In this document: positions 13,897 to 24,541 of the stretch, piece by piece
Numbering within the stretch: position 1 is the first letter of the stretch
How the letters are laid out: the number at the start of each line of letters is the position of its first letter
Origin: Wickerhamiella versatilis
Taxonomy: Eukaryota
Direction: 5' to 3'
DNA length: 64,000 bases
Assembly (NCBI GenBank): GCA_030867685.1
Contig: JAQOWU010000007.1
Coordinates: 1,922,001-1,986,000 of the forward strand
Notes under the pieces: generated by a model
The model's input: only the letters and a program-made list of their open reading frames with translations
Told to the model about the DNA's origin: nothing
Database searches by the model: none
Made by a program: the position numbers and the translations under genes

Positions 13897-15384
13897 ATGA
13901 GCGGTACCCATTTGAAAAAGCATAGTGCTGTAGCACTTGATCGTGCATCCACCAGTGTCGCAGCAGCACAGATGCGTAATGCTCTGAACAGGCTCGCTGA
14001 TTCTGCACCAGTGGCTCAGCGAGAGAGCTTTGAGCAAGAAATGGATAGCTTTTTTGAGCTATACCAGCGATATCTTGTGGGAACCGTTCGTGGAGAGCCA
14101 CTTGAATGGGATAGGGTTCTTACTCCATCTCCCGAGGAGGTTGTCGAGTATAGCAGCCTTAAGCCTCACGTCGATCAGAAGAACTTGAGTAAATTGGCAG
14201 TCCTAAAGTTGAATGGCGGTCTTGGTACCTCCATGGGCTGTGTTGGACCAAAGTCGGTCATTGAAGTTCGTGACGGAAAAAGCTTCTTGGATTTGATGGT
14301 ACGTCAGATAGAGTACCTTAACCGTACCTATGAAGCGAATGTGCCATTTGTTCTTATGAACTCTTTTAACACCGACGAGGATACGGAGACTATTATCGAG
14401 AAGTACAAGGGCAACAATATTGATATGAAAACTTTCAACCAGTCTCGCTTCCCTCGTGTGAATAAGGATACGCTTCTACCTATTCCAGAATCATATGATG
14501 ATGACAACGATTCATGGTTCCCCCCAGGACATGGCGATCTTTTCGAATCAATTTCTCGCTCAGGTATTTTGGATGAACTTTTGGCTCAAGGCAAAGAGGT
14601 TTTATTCGTTTCAAATGGTGACAATCTGGGTGCCACTGTTGACTTCAATATCCTCAACTATATGCTTGATACCGGCGCGGAATACATTATGGAGCTTACA
14701 GACAAGACTCGGGCTGATGTAAAGGGCGGTACACTCATCAATTACAACGGGCATGTCCAGCTCCTAGAAATTGCACAAGTTCCCAAGGATCATGTTGAGG
14801 AATTCAAGAGCATCAAAAAATTTAAATATTTTAACACCAACAACCTCTGGATTAATCTTAAGGCCATTAAGCGTCTTGTAGACGAGGATGCCTTGAAGAT
14901 GGAGATTATTCCGAACCCGAAGGTTGTAAAAAAGGGCAATGTCGAGCTCAATGTATTGCAGCTTGAGACGGCTGTGGGAGCCGCAATTCGTTATTTTAAG
15001 GGTGCAAGGGGTGTTAATGTCCCCCGTTCGCGCTTCCTTCCCGTCAAGACATGCTCAGACCTTATGTTGGTGAAGTCAGACCTCTATTCCCTTGTACATG
15101 GCTCTCTTCAAATTGACCCCAGCCGTTTCGGCAGTGCCCCGTTAGTAAAGTTGGGTGGTCATTTCAAGAAGGTTTCGGAATTCCAGAAACGCATTCCGCA
15201 TATGCCCAAGATACTTGAGCTTGATCATCTTACTATCACAGGCAACGTCTTTATAGGAAGAGGGGTAGAACTTAAGGGAACAGTGATCATTGTTTGTGAA
15301 GAGGGGAACAAGATACAAATACCTAACGGTGCTGTCTTGGAGAACGTTGTGATCACGGGATCGCTTAGTATTCTTGAGCATTAA
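13897..15384 (+). CDS. UGP1: UTP-glucose-1-phosphate uridylyltransferase
   Basis: [33 protein letters not shown] and PRSRFLPVK motifs. Confidence 0.98.
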   Translation: MSGTHLKKHSAVALDRASTSVAAAQMRNALNRLADSAPVAQRESFEQEMDSFFELYQRYLVGTVRGEPLEWDRVLTPSPEEVVEYSSLKPHVDQKNLSKLAVLKLNGGLGTSMGCVGPKSVIEVRDGKSFLDLMVRQIEYLNRTYEANVPFVLMNSFNTDEDTETIIEKYKGNNIDMKTFNQSRFPRVNKDTLLPIPESYDDDNDSWFPPGHGDLFESISRSGILDELLAQGKEVLFVSNGDNLGATVDFNILNYMLDTGAEYIMELTDKTRADVKGGTLINYNGHVQLLEIAQVPKDHVEEFKSIKKFKYFNTNNLWINLKAIKRLVDEDALKMEIIPNPKVVKKGNVELNVLQLETAVGAAIRYFKGARGVNVPRSRFLPVKTCSDLMLVKSDLYSLVHGSLQIDPSRFGSAPLVKLGGHFKKVSEFQKRIPHMPKILELDHLTITGNVFIGRGVELKGTVIIVCEEGNKIQIPNGAVLENVVITGSLSILEH

Positions 15385-15775
15385 GACAATTAAGGTTTTA
15401 AAAGTTATTTCGTCATATTTCATTTTTAGCTATAATTGAATAAATTCATAATGTGTCCGTTTTCAACCGTACCTGTGTGTGTTAGGTGTGCCTTTTTTTT
15501 GTTTTTGGCAGAAAGGTCATGGACTTCGATTGTTGAGATTTCACGAAGCCACTTTCTTGAAGTATTAAGATTAAATGGGTCTTGTAAGCCTCAATTTATT
15601 TTGGCTTGACCATAATTGTAAATATTAGCAGGTATGTCTCAGTCAAAAGTTAATTTGCCAGAATAGCTTAGTGCGCATGATGAACTTTCCTCCTCCTCAC
15701 ACCCTCCAAGCTCAGAATGTCCAAGCCGTCTAGCACGCTCTTGCAACTTATTATCTTTATACCTTATATTATTAC

Positions 15776-17104
15776 TTAAAAGTTCTGATTAGCATCAACG
15801 AACTTATTGCCTTCATAAACAATAGAGTCACGCTTAGAAGCAACAGTGGGGCGGTGCTTAGGTGCGTCATGTGATTTCTGTTCGCCAGACCTTTCGAAAC
15901 CGGATGGGAAGGTGGCCCCGGGCAGGATGGGAACAACCGACTGTAGTATCTGTTCCACATCCTTGGGTGACGACGCTGCTTTAAGTTGGTCGTCCACACA
16001 AATTCTATATTGCACAGAATCATCTGTTCTCTTGAAGAGTTTTGGCCAAAAGGTTTCATTAGCATCTTGGCGGTTCTTCTTAAAAATACGCTGTTCATCC
16101 TCTATATTGAATTTTTCTGCAGTAGCCGTATCATGGTCGTGGCGCCCCAGTGCATCGGTTACGACCTTCCATAGACGACGCGACTCATATTTCCCCTGTT
16201 CATCGAGTGGGCGAACTTCAGGCTTTTCTGGAATATCATTGGAGACATCAAAGAGTACAGACTTCTCCCCTGTTTTGGCATTTGTGATATACATGGCCTC
16301 GCTCCACTTACCACTAAGCTCATACAGCACCTTCTTCTTGCCCTCATTTAGCCGATAGATTTTACCCGTTATGACGTTATAACTCCCAGTGAAATATCCT
16401 TTGCATCGAAACTCAATTTCGGCCTCTAAACCTGTTTCTTTACATATAACACGAGCTCGGTCCCCCATCTCCATCCTGAGGCTCCCCACAAGAACATTTC
16501 GGACATATACATTAGGCTGTGTGAGCTCATAGCTCTCATTGTGGTCAGTAAAAGTCACGAAGCCGACTCCTTCCATAATAGAGGCAGCTGAGTTTCCCAA
16601 AAATTTCGAGTGGGGTTGCATTAGCCCATCTATCCGTATATTATGGGCAGGAATACAGTAAAAGTACGACGATTGAGGGGGGTGGTGGCTAGTCTGCTCA
16701 GCAATATAATAGGCACGGGAACTGTCCTCAAGGTCCCACCAGCAAGTGAAGTATTCGCCTAGCACAGGATTCAGTGGCTTCTTCACTGCCTTAGGGCCTA
16801 TGTGCCAGCCACTCATGTACCATCTGATAACTTCCACAAACCGTTGTACCTCATCATCTGTATCATGGGCTACTATGAGCTCTTTAGGATGCTGCATGGT
16901 ATTCGTGATACGCTCCAACATGCTCTTGCGTTCCAAAATGAAGGTAGGGAGTGTAATTCGTGAGAGATCCGACCCTGGGCGTAATTGACTGATGAGACTC
17001 AGAAGGATGTTACGATTCCCATCGTCGACTTCATCCTCATTATCTATATCAGGATCAGTTTTCGCGCCAACCTTCTTCTCGGGGCTACCGGCAAACAGAG
17101 GCAT
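15776..17104 (-). CDS. OSH7: Oxysterol-binding protein homolog, Osh6/Osh7 type
   Basis: DLSRITLPTFILE, KKPLNPVLGE and EQTSHHPP OSBP signature. Confidence 0.9.
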   Translation of the reverse strand: MPLFAGSPEKKVGAKTDPDIDNEDEVDDGNRNILLSLISQLRPGSDLSRITLPTFILERKSMLERITNTMQHPKELIVAHDTDDEVQRFVEVIRWYMSGWHIGPKAVKKPLNPVLGEYFTCWWDLEDSSRAYYIAEQTSHHPPQSSYFYCIPAHNIRIDGLMQPHSKFLGNSAASIMEGVGFVTFTDHNESYELTQPNVYVRNVLVGSLRMEMGDRARVICKETGLEAEIEFRCKGYFTGSYNVITGKIYRLNEGKKKVLYELSGKWSEAMYITNAKTGEKSVLFDVSNDIPEKPEVRPLDEQGKYESRRLWKVVTDALGRHDHDTATAEKFNIEDEQRIFKKNRQDANETFWPKLFKRTDDSVQYRICVDDQLKAASSPKDVEQILQSVVPILPGATFPSGFERSGEQKSHDAPKHRPTVASKRDSIVYEGNKFVDANQNF

Positions 17105-17460
17105 TGATTACTAACAACACAAGCTTCGCCCACTTTACGAGATGAGACACACTGGTTCCACGAGTTGCGGGTAGCCATTGCCTATTTAATTGGACAGTTT
17201 AAATGCCACGCTCAATGATAGGGTATACTGCAAGTGTATAGTTTCAAAGAAAGCCCATAGCGTCTCCCCTGCACTTATATTATGGATATGGGTAATTGTA
17301 AGGAAATGAAAAGAGAATAGATTGTTAGTATGGGATCACATAGAACTAGAAGTTCGGATTAATTCATTAAGGTTCAAAGCAAACTACATACATTGCGGTT
17401 GTTGCTTAATTCCTGTAGCAGGAACGTTATGTTAAGCGCTCAGGGTGATTGGTTGCTTAC

Positions 17461-18714
17461 ATGCTCAGCCTGGAGGGTCATAAAGATCACCCGGTGGTGA
17501 ATGAGGTCGAGGTACTGAACGGCCAGTCATTTTCCAATGTACTACTGGCACCTCGTATCGAGCCTCTTCTCAAGGCTCGAACCGTTGCAGAAGTTGTGTC
17601 GTCACTTGATCCGGTGACACGAAGCCTTAGTGTTTTCGGATTCCCCCGGTTTTCTATAGATCTTCGAGGTGCTGGAGATGGTCCAGTACTTCCTTTAAAG
17701 ACTTTGGTGGACCTCAGTTTAACCCATCCGTCCCAGACTTTGAAAGCTCTTGCGATCACGTCAACTGAGCGTAATGGTGCACATGCGCAGTATAGTCTGT
17801 TTAACAAGCTGGGTCTCGCAGAGACTTTGCAGGTTTCAGGCTTATTGCAATCCGGACCTTATGAAGTTGATAGCGGCTCTGCGGGATTGAGTGTTCCCAT
17901 GCCTATCGGTGCCGGAAGGTTTTTCCTAGATGGCTTCTTTTTAAACGAGACCCGTTCTTGGGCATCCCATGCGTTTGCTAGCCATGGACTTCGCTCTTTC
18001 ATTGAAGTTCCTGCTGTTCACGCAGAAAATGTACGGGCTCAGTTCGGATGTGAGGTGGTTTCGCGTAACATCCACTCTATTGCTGATGGTGCCGCAGATG
18101 CGATACGCAAAATGGCAGGTCGCAATCTGGTAAAAGTTGCTGCAGTGGCACGTCTTTTGCATCCGCTGTTCGAGCTTAACACAGAAATTGCCGGTGGGCC
18201 GGGCGATGCACGACATGTCAAGGCGTGGGGGTCGCTAGACCACTTACTACATTTGGGGCAGTATATCAGCATAAAATCGGGCGCTTCAGCTGGTTATATC
18301 TATGGAAACACTTCACCCTTGGACAACTTTTATATTGGCGGGGCGTCTCGTGGTTTCTATGGGTTTGAGCCGAATACAGTGGGATCACATGACGGGAGTG
18401 ATTGCTTGGGCGGCCAGTCCTTTTGGAAAAGTTCTGCTGCCCTGTTGCTTTCACTGCCATGGCGAAAGCTCTCTTCTCTACGTCTTACAGGCTTGGTCAA
18501 TGCTGCAGGCAATGAGGTGAATCAAGAAGCTGACGCACAGGCTAATATAAAGAACCTGATTGCTAGAATGCCCACTGTAGGTATCGCGGGAGGCTTAACC
18601 TACATCACGTCACCTGCCGAATTTGAACTATTATATGAAAAGCCCGTGATTGGAAATACTGGGGCACTTCCTCGTGAAGGTTGGTACATGGGGGTTTCTT
18701 TATCATTAGAATGA
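17461..18714 (+). CDS. SAM50: Mitochondrial outer-membrane beta-barrel assembly protein Sam50 (Omp85 family)
   Basis: N-terminal POTRA-like segment, FNKLGLAETL, DAIRKMAG, DNFYIGG..GF..GSHDGSDCLGG and a C-terminal beta-signal-like strand. Confidence 0.8.
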   Translation: MLSLEGHKDHPVVNEVEVLNGQSFSNVLLAPRIEPLLKARTVAEVVSSLDPVTRSLSVFGFPRFSIDLRGAGDGPVLPLKTLVDLSLTHPSQTLKALAITSTERNGAHAQYSLFNKLGLAETLQVSGLLQSGPYEVDSGSAGLSVPMPIGAGRFFLDGFFLNETRSWASHAFASHGLRSFIEVPAVHAENVRAQFGCEVVSRNIHSIADGAADAIRKMAGRNLVKVAAVARLLHPLFELNTEIAGGPGDARHVKAWGSLDHLLHLGQYISIKSGASAGYIYGNTSPLDNFYIGGASRGFYGFEPNTVGSHDGSDCLGGQSFWKSSAALLLSLPWRKLSSLRLTGLVNAAGNEVNQEADAQANIKNLIARMPTVGIAGGLTYITSPAEFELLYEKPVIGNTGALPREGWYMGVSLSLE

Positions 18715-18761
18715 TGGAGAGAGACACAATAAATAGAGACCTAGTATATATACGGTGACTA

Positions 18762-20174
18762 ATGTGGATATTGACGTTGGCAGGCCACGACCACTGGCTC
18801 AAGCCGGGAAAGACGTACACGTTTGGGAGGGATGGTACAGATTTCGACTTGAGCAAAGAGCGAAGTGTAAGCCGCCGTCATCTTGTTATTGAAATTGGAA
18901 ATGTGGCGCCAGGATCTGTCGCCCACCCCTCTATTCGGTCGCGTCTTACCGCCACTGATTGTGGATCTCGACATGGAACGCTATTTAATGGGAATCATAT
19001 GGCACCTAAAACGCCAATAACTCTGGAGGGAACTGCTGCAACCATTAGAATTGGTCCCAGGGCCACCATTCGCATTAAGTGGTCCCCCCTTACCCTGACA
19101 AATCCCGAAGAGAACGCGTTAGACAACCTTCCTTCGTTGTTAGCGCCACTAGATGCAAAAGTAGTGTCTAATGTGGTACGAGACACCTCTCATTACATAC
19201 AGCGTTTATCTTCACACCACTCGACAGGACTGATATTCGCACTTATCAAAGGAATACCCGTGGTGTCCGAGAGATATCCTGCAGCCCTGCTAGAATCATC
19301 TGCTGATTGGGAATCTAATTACCGTCTTCCTAATCCTGCAGATTTCTGTCCCAAGCCCGAATGGCATTACAATCCTCTTCGAAGCACATGCCTTTCGGGA
19401 CAGGCGTTCACCGGCGCTGACTATTTAGAGCCAATTGTAAAAGCTGCTGGTGGTTATTACAGTAGTAATGATCCCAAAGCGTATGATTTGAAGGATGATG
19501 AGTTGCTATTAGATGTCATTGTGCATTGCCGGCCCTATGACCCAGTTCAGCCGCGGCATCAGCCTATGTTTGGGCCTGAACCCGAGCTTGAAACTCATTC
19601 TCAGGCCAATAAACGCCAAAAAATTGATCTTCTGGGCTTTATGACTGACCATAGCTCTAATAAAAAAGATCCAGATACCCAGCCACAACCAATAATGAAG
19701 GTGCCCGAGAAGAGAGCGAAGGCTCAGCGCACGGTATCACGGAAACCCAAGAGACAAAAGACAACTCCAAGAGCATCTTTAAATCATCCTAAAGAATTGC
19801 CGGAAACAGAACCCGAAATTGGAACTGGAGCTGGACACCAGCCTGAATCGGAGCCGGAGCCTATTGATTTGGAGGCCCTTAAAAATGTGGCCATAGTGGA
19901 GAATAATGTTGATATTCGAACACATGTACCCCAGCCCCGGCAAAACCATAATCAAAGTCAACAAGTCCAGAATTTCAAAGCATTTCGTAGAAAAGAACCG
20001 CCCCGAAGAGAACGGGTTCAGCTTGAGGAGGCTACTATAAGCCATAACCCCATGGAACAAAGTTTTGCCGCTGGATCGTCTGGCCTTTTCGTAGACTCCC
20101 CATACCCAGCACCTGGGGAGCCGGAGCCGCCAGGTGCTGTTGACGATGAATTTGCATTCTCATTCACTACGTAG
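18762..20174 (+). CDS. NBS1: Nbs1/Xrs2 subunit of the MRN complex
   Basis: N-terminal FHA (FGR..SVSRRH..GSRHGTLFNG), BRCT-like region, Mre11-binding NFKAFRRK and an acidic/FxF Tel1-binding C-terminus (DDEFAFSF). Confidence 0.88.
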   Translation: MWILTLAGHDHWLKPGKTYTFGRDGTDFDLSKERSVSRRHLVIEIGNVAPGSVAHPSIRSRLTATDCGSRHGTLFNGNHMAPKTPITLEGTAATIRIGPRATIRIKWSPLTLTNPEENALDNLPSLLAPLDAKVVSNVVRDTSHYIQRLSSHHSTGLIFALIKGIPVVSERYPAALLESSADWESNYRLPNPADFCPKPEWHYNPLRSTCLSGQAFTGADYLEPIVKAAGGYYSSNDPKAYDLKDDELLLDVIVHCRPYDPVQPRHQPMFGPEPELETHSQANKRQKIDLLGFMTDHSSNKKDPDTQPQPIMKVPEKRAKAQRTVSRKPKRQKTTPRASLNHPKELPETEPEIGTGAGHQPESEPEPIDLEALKNVAIVENNVDIRTHVPQPRQNHNQSQQVQNFKAFRRKEPPRRERVQLEEATISHNPMEQSFAAGSSGLFVDSPYPAPGEPEPPGAVDDEFAFSFTT

Positions 20175-21021
20175 CATTTATATTGTGCTTAACCCATGAG
20201 TGGTTGGGCAATTGAGCTAGGGGCATTCGCCTCTCAGGTTTACGTTGAAGTAGCCGCGTTATCAAGTTTGCAGCTCGCGGGTCTACAAAGGAAGGTATCT
20301 TCAAATTTACATCTCTGATCCGCCGATAGGTATCATTCACTTGGCGCTCCTCAAAAGGTGGCTTTCCCACAAGGAACTCGTAGAGCAATATACCCAATGC
20401 CCAAATGTCAACTTGGTATCCATGGGGCTGTCGCTCTATCATTTCGGGCGGTAAGTAATCGAGGGTACCGCATACGGTATTTCGTGCTGCTCGGGTATGT
20501 ATGGACCACCCAAAATCGCTGAGTTTGATGTTATCTTTGGAATCTAAAAGGAGATTCTCTGGCTTGAGGTCTCGATGGACGACATTGCGACTATGGAGAT
20601 AATCGAGGGCTGACGCAACTTGCACGAGGTACTTGGCTGCCCTATGGTCATCAAAATGGCCTGCCTTTTGAAGATGGCCATAGAGCTCTCCCCCCGGAAC
20701 GTATTCAACTAAAAGGTATACCCGTTTGGAGTCATCAAAGTATCCGTAAAGTTGTGCAATATTTGGGTGGATAAGACTCTTGTGTATTTCGTACTCGCGC
20801 TGTAGTAGGTTTTCTGCATGGAAAGATACAAGTTCTGATTTCTTCATGCTCTTGAGTGCACAGATAAAGTTCGTTGTCTTAACGCGCACAAGATAAACTC
20901 GTCCAAACTTTCCCCGCCCTAGCTTCCTTCCAACATCAAAATCATGTAGGGTCCATTTGTATGGCTGAATGGCCTTTGAATCTTCTAATTTCCGATTCAA
21001 CGGGGCTTCCGCTGTAGACAT
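20167..21021 (-). CDS. IPL1: Aurora kinase
   Basis: DFDVGRKLGRGKFGRVY, HRDLKPEN, DFGWSIH and RNTVCGTLDYLPPEM. Confidence 0.95.
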   Translation of the reverse strand: MSTAEAPLNRKLEDSKAIQPYKWTLHDFDVGRKLGRGKFGRVYLVRVKTTNFICALKSMKKSELVSFHAENLLQREYEIHKSLIHPNIAQLYGYFDDSKRVYLLVEYVPGGELYGHLQKAGHFDDHRAAKYLVQVASALDYLHSRNVVHRDLKPENLLLDSKDNIKLSDFGWSIHTRAARNTVCGTLDYLPPEMIERQPHGYQVDIWALGILLYEFLVGKPPFEERQVNDTYRRIRDVNLKIPSFVDPRAANLITRLLQRKPERRMPLAQLPNHSWVKHNINAT

Positions 21022-21236
21022 CAGAGGTAAACAATGATTATTAATGGATCATATATCTATATGCTTCAAGGAGAACTAATAATAATATATTTATATATGG
21101 GTTTCTTTAGGATTTTACATCTATAGGTCCCTTTTAAGGGAGCTTAAGGTTAAGACTGTTATATTTCGTTCGGTTTTGTTGTCAAGATCACATTACTTGA
21201 ATAAAAAGCATAAAGAGATGGAACTTCGAAAGCGGT

Positions 21237-22256
21237 TTATGATGCATGACCGGGTATTGCGGTTCGGCGGCACATTGGGCAAGTATTACGACCCTTCAGG
21301 AGCCAATCATCTACACATTGTCTGTGGAATGCATGTTCACATGGTAGTCTCCGATATTTTTCACCGAGTTCATACTGTTCAAGACAAATTGGGCACTTTT
21401 CTTCCGTAACTTTGACGTCCTCGATGTGTCCCCAGGCGTCCAAATCTGCGGCAGTGCAGGTTTGGGGCTTCAGGAGTTCTTCCACCATTACAGTTGGGTC
21501 ACCGTTCAGATACGGATGATCCTGCGGATACGTTCCGCCCAAGACATATATGATCCAAGCATGGCGCGGTGCCTCGTGTTCCTGGGCGGCTCGTACGAAG
21601 ATAAGTAGCACAGGCACGCGACTCATAGTGTCAACTGGGAATCTAAACAGGCGTATATAGCTTCCCGCACCGTCAAACATTGCCCTGCCAAGTTCCTCTG
21701 AATGCTGACCGGTTCTCAGTTGTTCCAGATACTGCGAAAATTCAGCATCGTCACGATAGAACTCCAGGCTTGACGCAGTGATAATTGCAGCTGTTAGCAG
21801 GACGCGGGAAAGCCGGTCTACCTGCTCCTCCTCACTGGGGGGATCGCCATTTTCCTCCTCATCATCCTCCTCCTCGCCATGCTCAGGCTCACCATCCGCC
21901 TCATGTTCATCATGTTCACCCATATCCAGAGGTGGCGACGGTTCATCCGCCATCGCGGCATCCATATAAACGCTGTTCTGATCAGCATCAAGTGGATCTA
22001 ATGGTGATGTAGCATTTGATGCAACATTTGGTGGATTCTCATCACCAGCCGGATGCGAACTGCTGGGCTCCAACGGAAGGTCTTCATTAGACTGCTGGAG
22101 GCTTAGTGCCGACATTACACTATTTGCCACCCTCCGAAGAGGATTGCGAACTCTCTGGCGTTTTGGTACACCATTGGTCCCCTCCGTAAATCTCCTCCTG
22201 CGGAGAGACCGCTCTTGCTGCGGAGGAATCATAGGCAAAGATGCGGACTGCCCCAT
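21237..22256 (-). CDS. RING-H2 E3 ubiquitin ligase, putatively N-myristoylated
   Basis: C-terminal CPIC...[14 protein letters not shown]; conserved fungal [13 protein letters not shown] block; first ATG gives MGQSAS. Confidence 0.85.
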   Translation of the reverse strand: MGQSASLPMIPPQQERSLRRRRFTEGTNGVPKRQRVRNPLRRVANSVMSALSLQQSNEDLPLEPSSSHPAGDENPPNVASNATSPLDPLDADQNSVYMDAAMADEPSPPLDMGEHDEHEADGEPEHGEEEDDEEENGDPPSEEEQVDRLSRVLLTAAIITASSLEFYRDDAEFSQYLEQLRTGQHSEELGRAMFDGAGSYIRLFRFPVDTMSRVPVLLIFVRAAQEHEAPRHAWIIYVLGGTYPQDHPYLNGDPTVMVEELLKPQTCTAADLDAWGHIEDVKVTEEKCPICLEQYELGEKYRRLPCEHAFHRQCVDDWLLKGRNTCPMCRRTAIPGHAS

Positions 22257-22979
22257 AAGTTGAGAGAGCTGAGATGCTCTTAGGGTTAGGTGAAGCACTT
22301 TCGCGACAGCCTACGATATGATTGAACATTGAATGATATGATATCTGCCTAAGCACACGCGACCTTCGCTAACTTAATTATAGTTGAGTCGAAAAAGTTA
22401 CAGGCTACAATTTACCGCAACGTTTTTGCTGCTGTTAATTTACGACCATTGATCTACCTATGCAGGACCAGATTTCCCACGCCCTCAATTTCAATTATTT
22501 CACATCGTGGCTCTTTTGCCCTATGATCTATTTATTAATCTAATTATCTTAGAGCTAGCATCACCAACTACGGGGCTGTGTATATGTGAATCGTAATCTA
22601 CCACTCTCCAGTCGAAAATAGAGCTTCTTTGATTCGTCTAAATGGGTAGGCGCTTGCTTCTGCGGTAAGGAAAAATGTTTCATAGTAATGAGGACTAAAT
22701 TTGGCCAGTTTTGGTACGACTAGCATGAGAACAGATTAAATTCTGCCACACAGATGTAGATGGTTTCAATTCGCCAATATCCATTCCCAAAGGTCATGAA
22801 AGCTATATAATATACATCTACACCCTAGTTGAAATTGAATTACAACTTTTTCTTTTTACTTATGACCTCAATTTTTCCCGACTTTATAACTTCAATTTCT
22901 GCCAACTGAAATTTTCTAGTCATTTGAGGGGACGACAAACTTAACGCCGTGCCAACGTGTCTCACGTAATCGAAGGGTG

Positions 22980-23942
22980 ATGCCCGACCCGGTCGACTGC
23001 CTTTACCGCGTCGGTAAGGAACTGGGTGTCGGCACTTATAGTGTTGTTCGGGAGGTTCGTCACGTCATATCAGGCAAGTGGTATGCAGCAAAAGTCATTG
23101 ACAAACGGCATATGCATGGACGTGAACACCTTGTGCGGAACGAAGTCATTGTTCTTAAGAAAATATCGCATGGCCATCCTAGCATATTGACGCTTGTAGA
23201 TTATTTTGAAACTGACGATAGCCTTTATCTTGTTACGGAGCTTGCGAAGGGTGGTGAGCTTTTTGATCGACTATATACAAAGGGATACTTTGGGGAGAGT
23301 GTCGCTGCCAAACTCGTGAAACATATCACAGGGGGGGTTGCCCATCTCCACAAGCATGGCATTGTTCACCGGGACTTGAAGCCAGAAAATATACTTTTAA
23401 AAACGCCAACTAGTCCTACTCGGTTGTTGATATGTGATTTTGGGCTTAGCAGAATCATTGATGATGAGAATATAAGCATGCTAATGACTACAGTGGGGAC
23501 CCCCAGTTACATGGCACCTGAAATCTTTAGGAGAACTGGTCATGGGAAACCCGTGGATATTTGGGCAATTGGTGTGATAACGTACGTTTTACTTTGTGGG
23601 TTTACTCCATTCGACTCCGAAAGTCCGGCGGAGGAGAGAGAGGCTATACTTGATGGCCATGTGAAGTTTGAACCGCAGGAATACTGGATACATGTCACAC
23701 GTTATGCGTCAGATTTCATCTTGGCATGTCTCAAGCCTGATCCAAAAGACAGACCGACCGCGGAAGAATTGCTACAATTTCCGTTCCTTACGAAGAAGTA
23801 TCGGTCTGATGTACCAGAGAAAGACCCGACAGACGACGCCGACTATCCGTCAGAGCTTATTGGAGAGGCGATGAATGGAGCATACTCCAAAGAGCCGGAG
23901 GAGGAAAAGAGACGCCAAGTATTCTCTGCGAAGTGGGGATAG
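22980..23942 (+). CDS. Ca2+/calmodulin-dependent protein kinase (CaMK1/CmkB-like)
   Basis: Kinase domain with LGVGTYSVV, GGELFDR, HRDLKPEN, DFGLS, GTPSYMAPE and GHGKPVDIWAIG. Confidence 0.88.
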   Translation: MPDPVDCLYRVGKELGVGTYSVVREVRHVISGKWYAAKVIDKRHMHGREHLVRNEVIVLKKISHGHPSILTLVDYFETDDSLYLVTELAKGGELFDRLYTKGYFGESVAAKLVKHITGGVAHLHKHGIVHRDLKPENILLKTPTSPTRLLICDFGLSRIIDDENISMLMTTVGTPSYMAPEIFRRTGHGKPVDIWAIGVITYVLLCGFTPFDSESPAEEREAILDGHVKFEPQEYWIHVTRYASDFILACLKPDPKDRPTAEELLQFPFLTKKYRSDVPEKDPTDDADYPSELIGEAMNGAYSKEPEEEKRRQVFSAKWG

Positions 23943-24030
23943 GCCAGAATAACTAAATTATGATACAGGTGCGTATAATTAGATATGCGTGTTTACTGAA
24001 ATACTTGAGGTAAGGGTTCTGGGCTCTGTC

Positions 24031-24528
24031 ATGGGGGAGAATCCAGAAGTCCGGCGTCTAGAGACGGCATTAGAGGATTTCAAAACTACATCGCGGGAGA
24101 TAGAGCAAGAGTTAGAATCCCAGCTTGCTGAATGTGAAGAGCAAAAGGAAGCAATGAGGGCGGAGCTTGCGGAGACGGGGCCAACAATAAAAAAACTCCG
24201 CGAACACATACAGAAATTGGAGCTATCCTTGCAGGAAGATAAGAAGAATTATACCAGCCAAATTACCGATCTTCGCGAAAATATGAGAATGCTAGAGCAG
24301 GAAAATGAATCACTCGAGCGTCAAGCCCGGATCGCACAATCATCAGTGGCGACCCTGGAGCAAAGTAATGCAAGCTTGCTGGAGCGACTTGCATTTGCCG
24401 AAATAGAAACACCCGAAGTAAGCCCATCGCCAATCCCTTCCTCCCCTACAACCCCCCAGCCATTGCCGCGACGAAGAAATAGAGAGCCAGGCGAAACACC
24501 GCACGGAAAAAGAGTGCATTCAAATTAG
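24031..24528 (+). CDS. NudE/Ndl1-like dynein regulator (coiled coil)
   Basis: LEDFKTTSREIEQELE and LEQENESLERQAR match NudE coiled-coil blocks. Confidence 0.78.
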   Translation: MGENPEVRRLETALEDFKTTSREIEQELESQLAECEEQKEAMRAELAETGPTIKKLREHIQKLELSLQEDKKNYTSQITDLRENMRMLEQENESLERQARIAQSSVATLEQSNASLLERLAFAEIETPEVSPSPIPSSPTTPQPLPRRRNREPGETPHGKRVHSN

Positions 24529-24541
24529 TTAATGAAATAAA

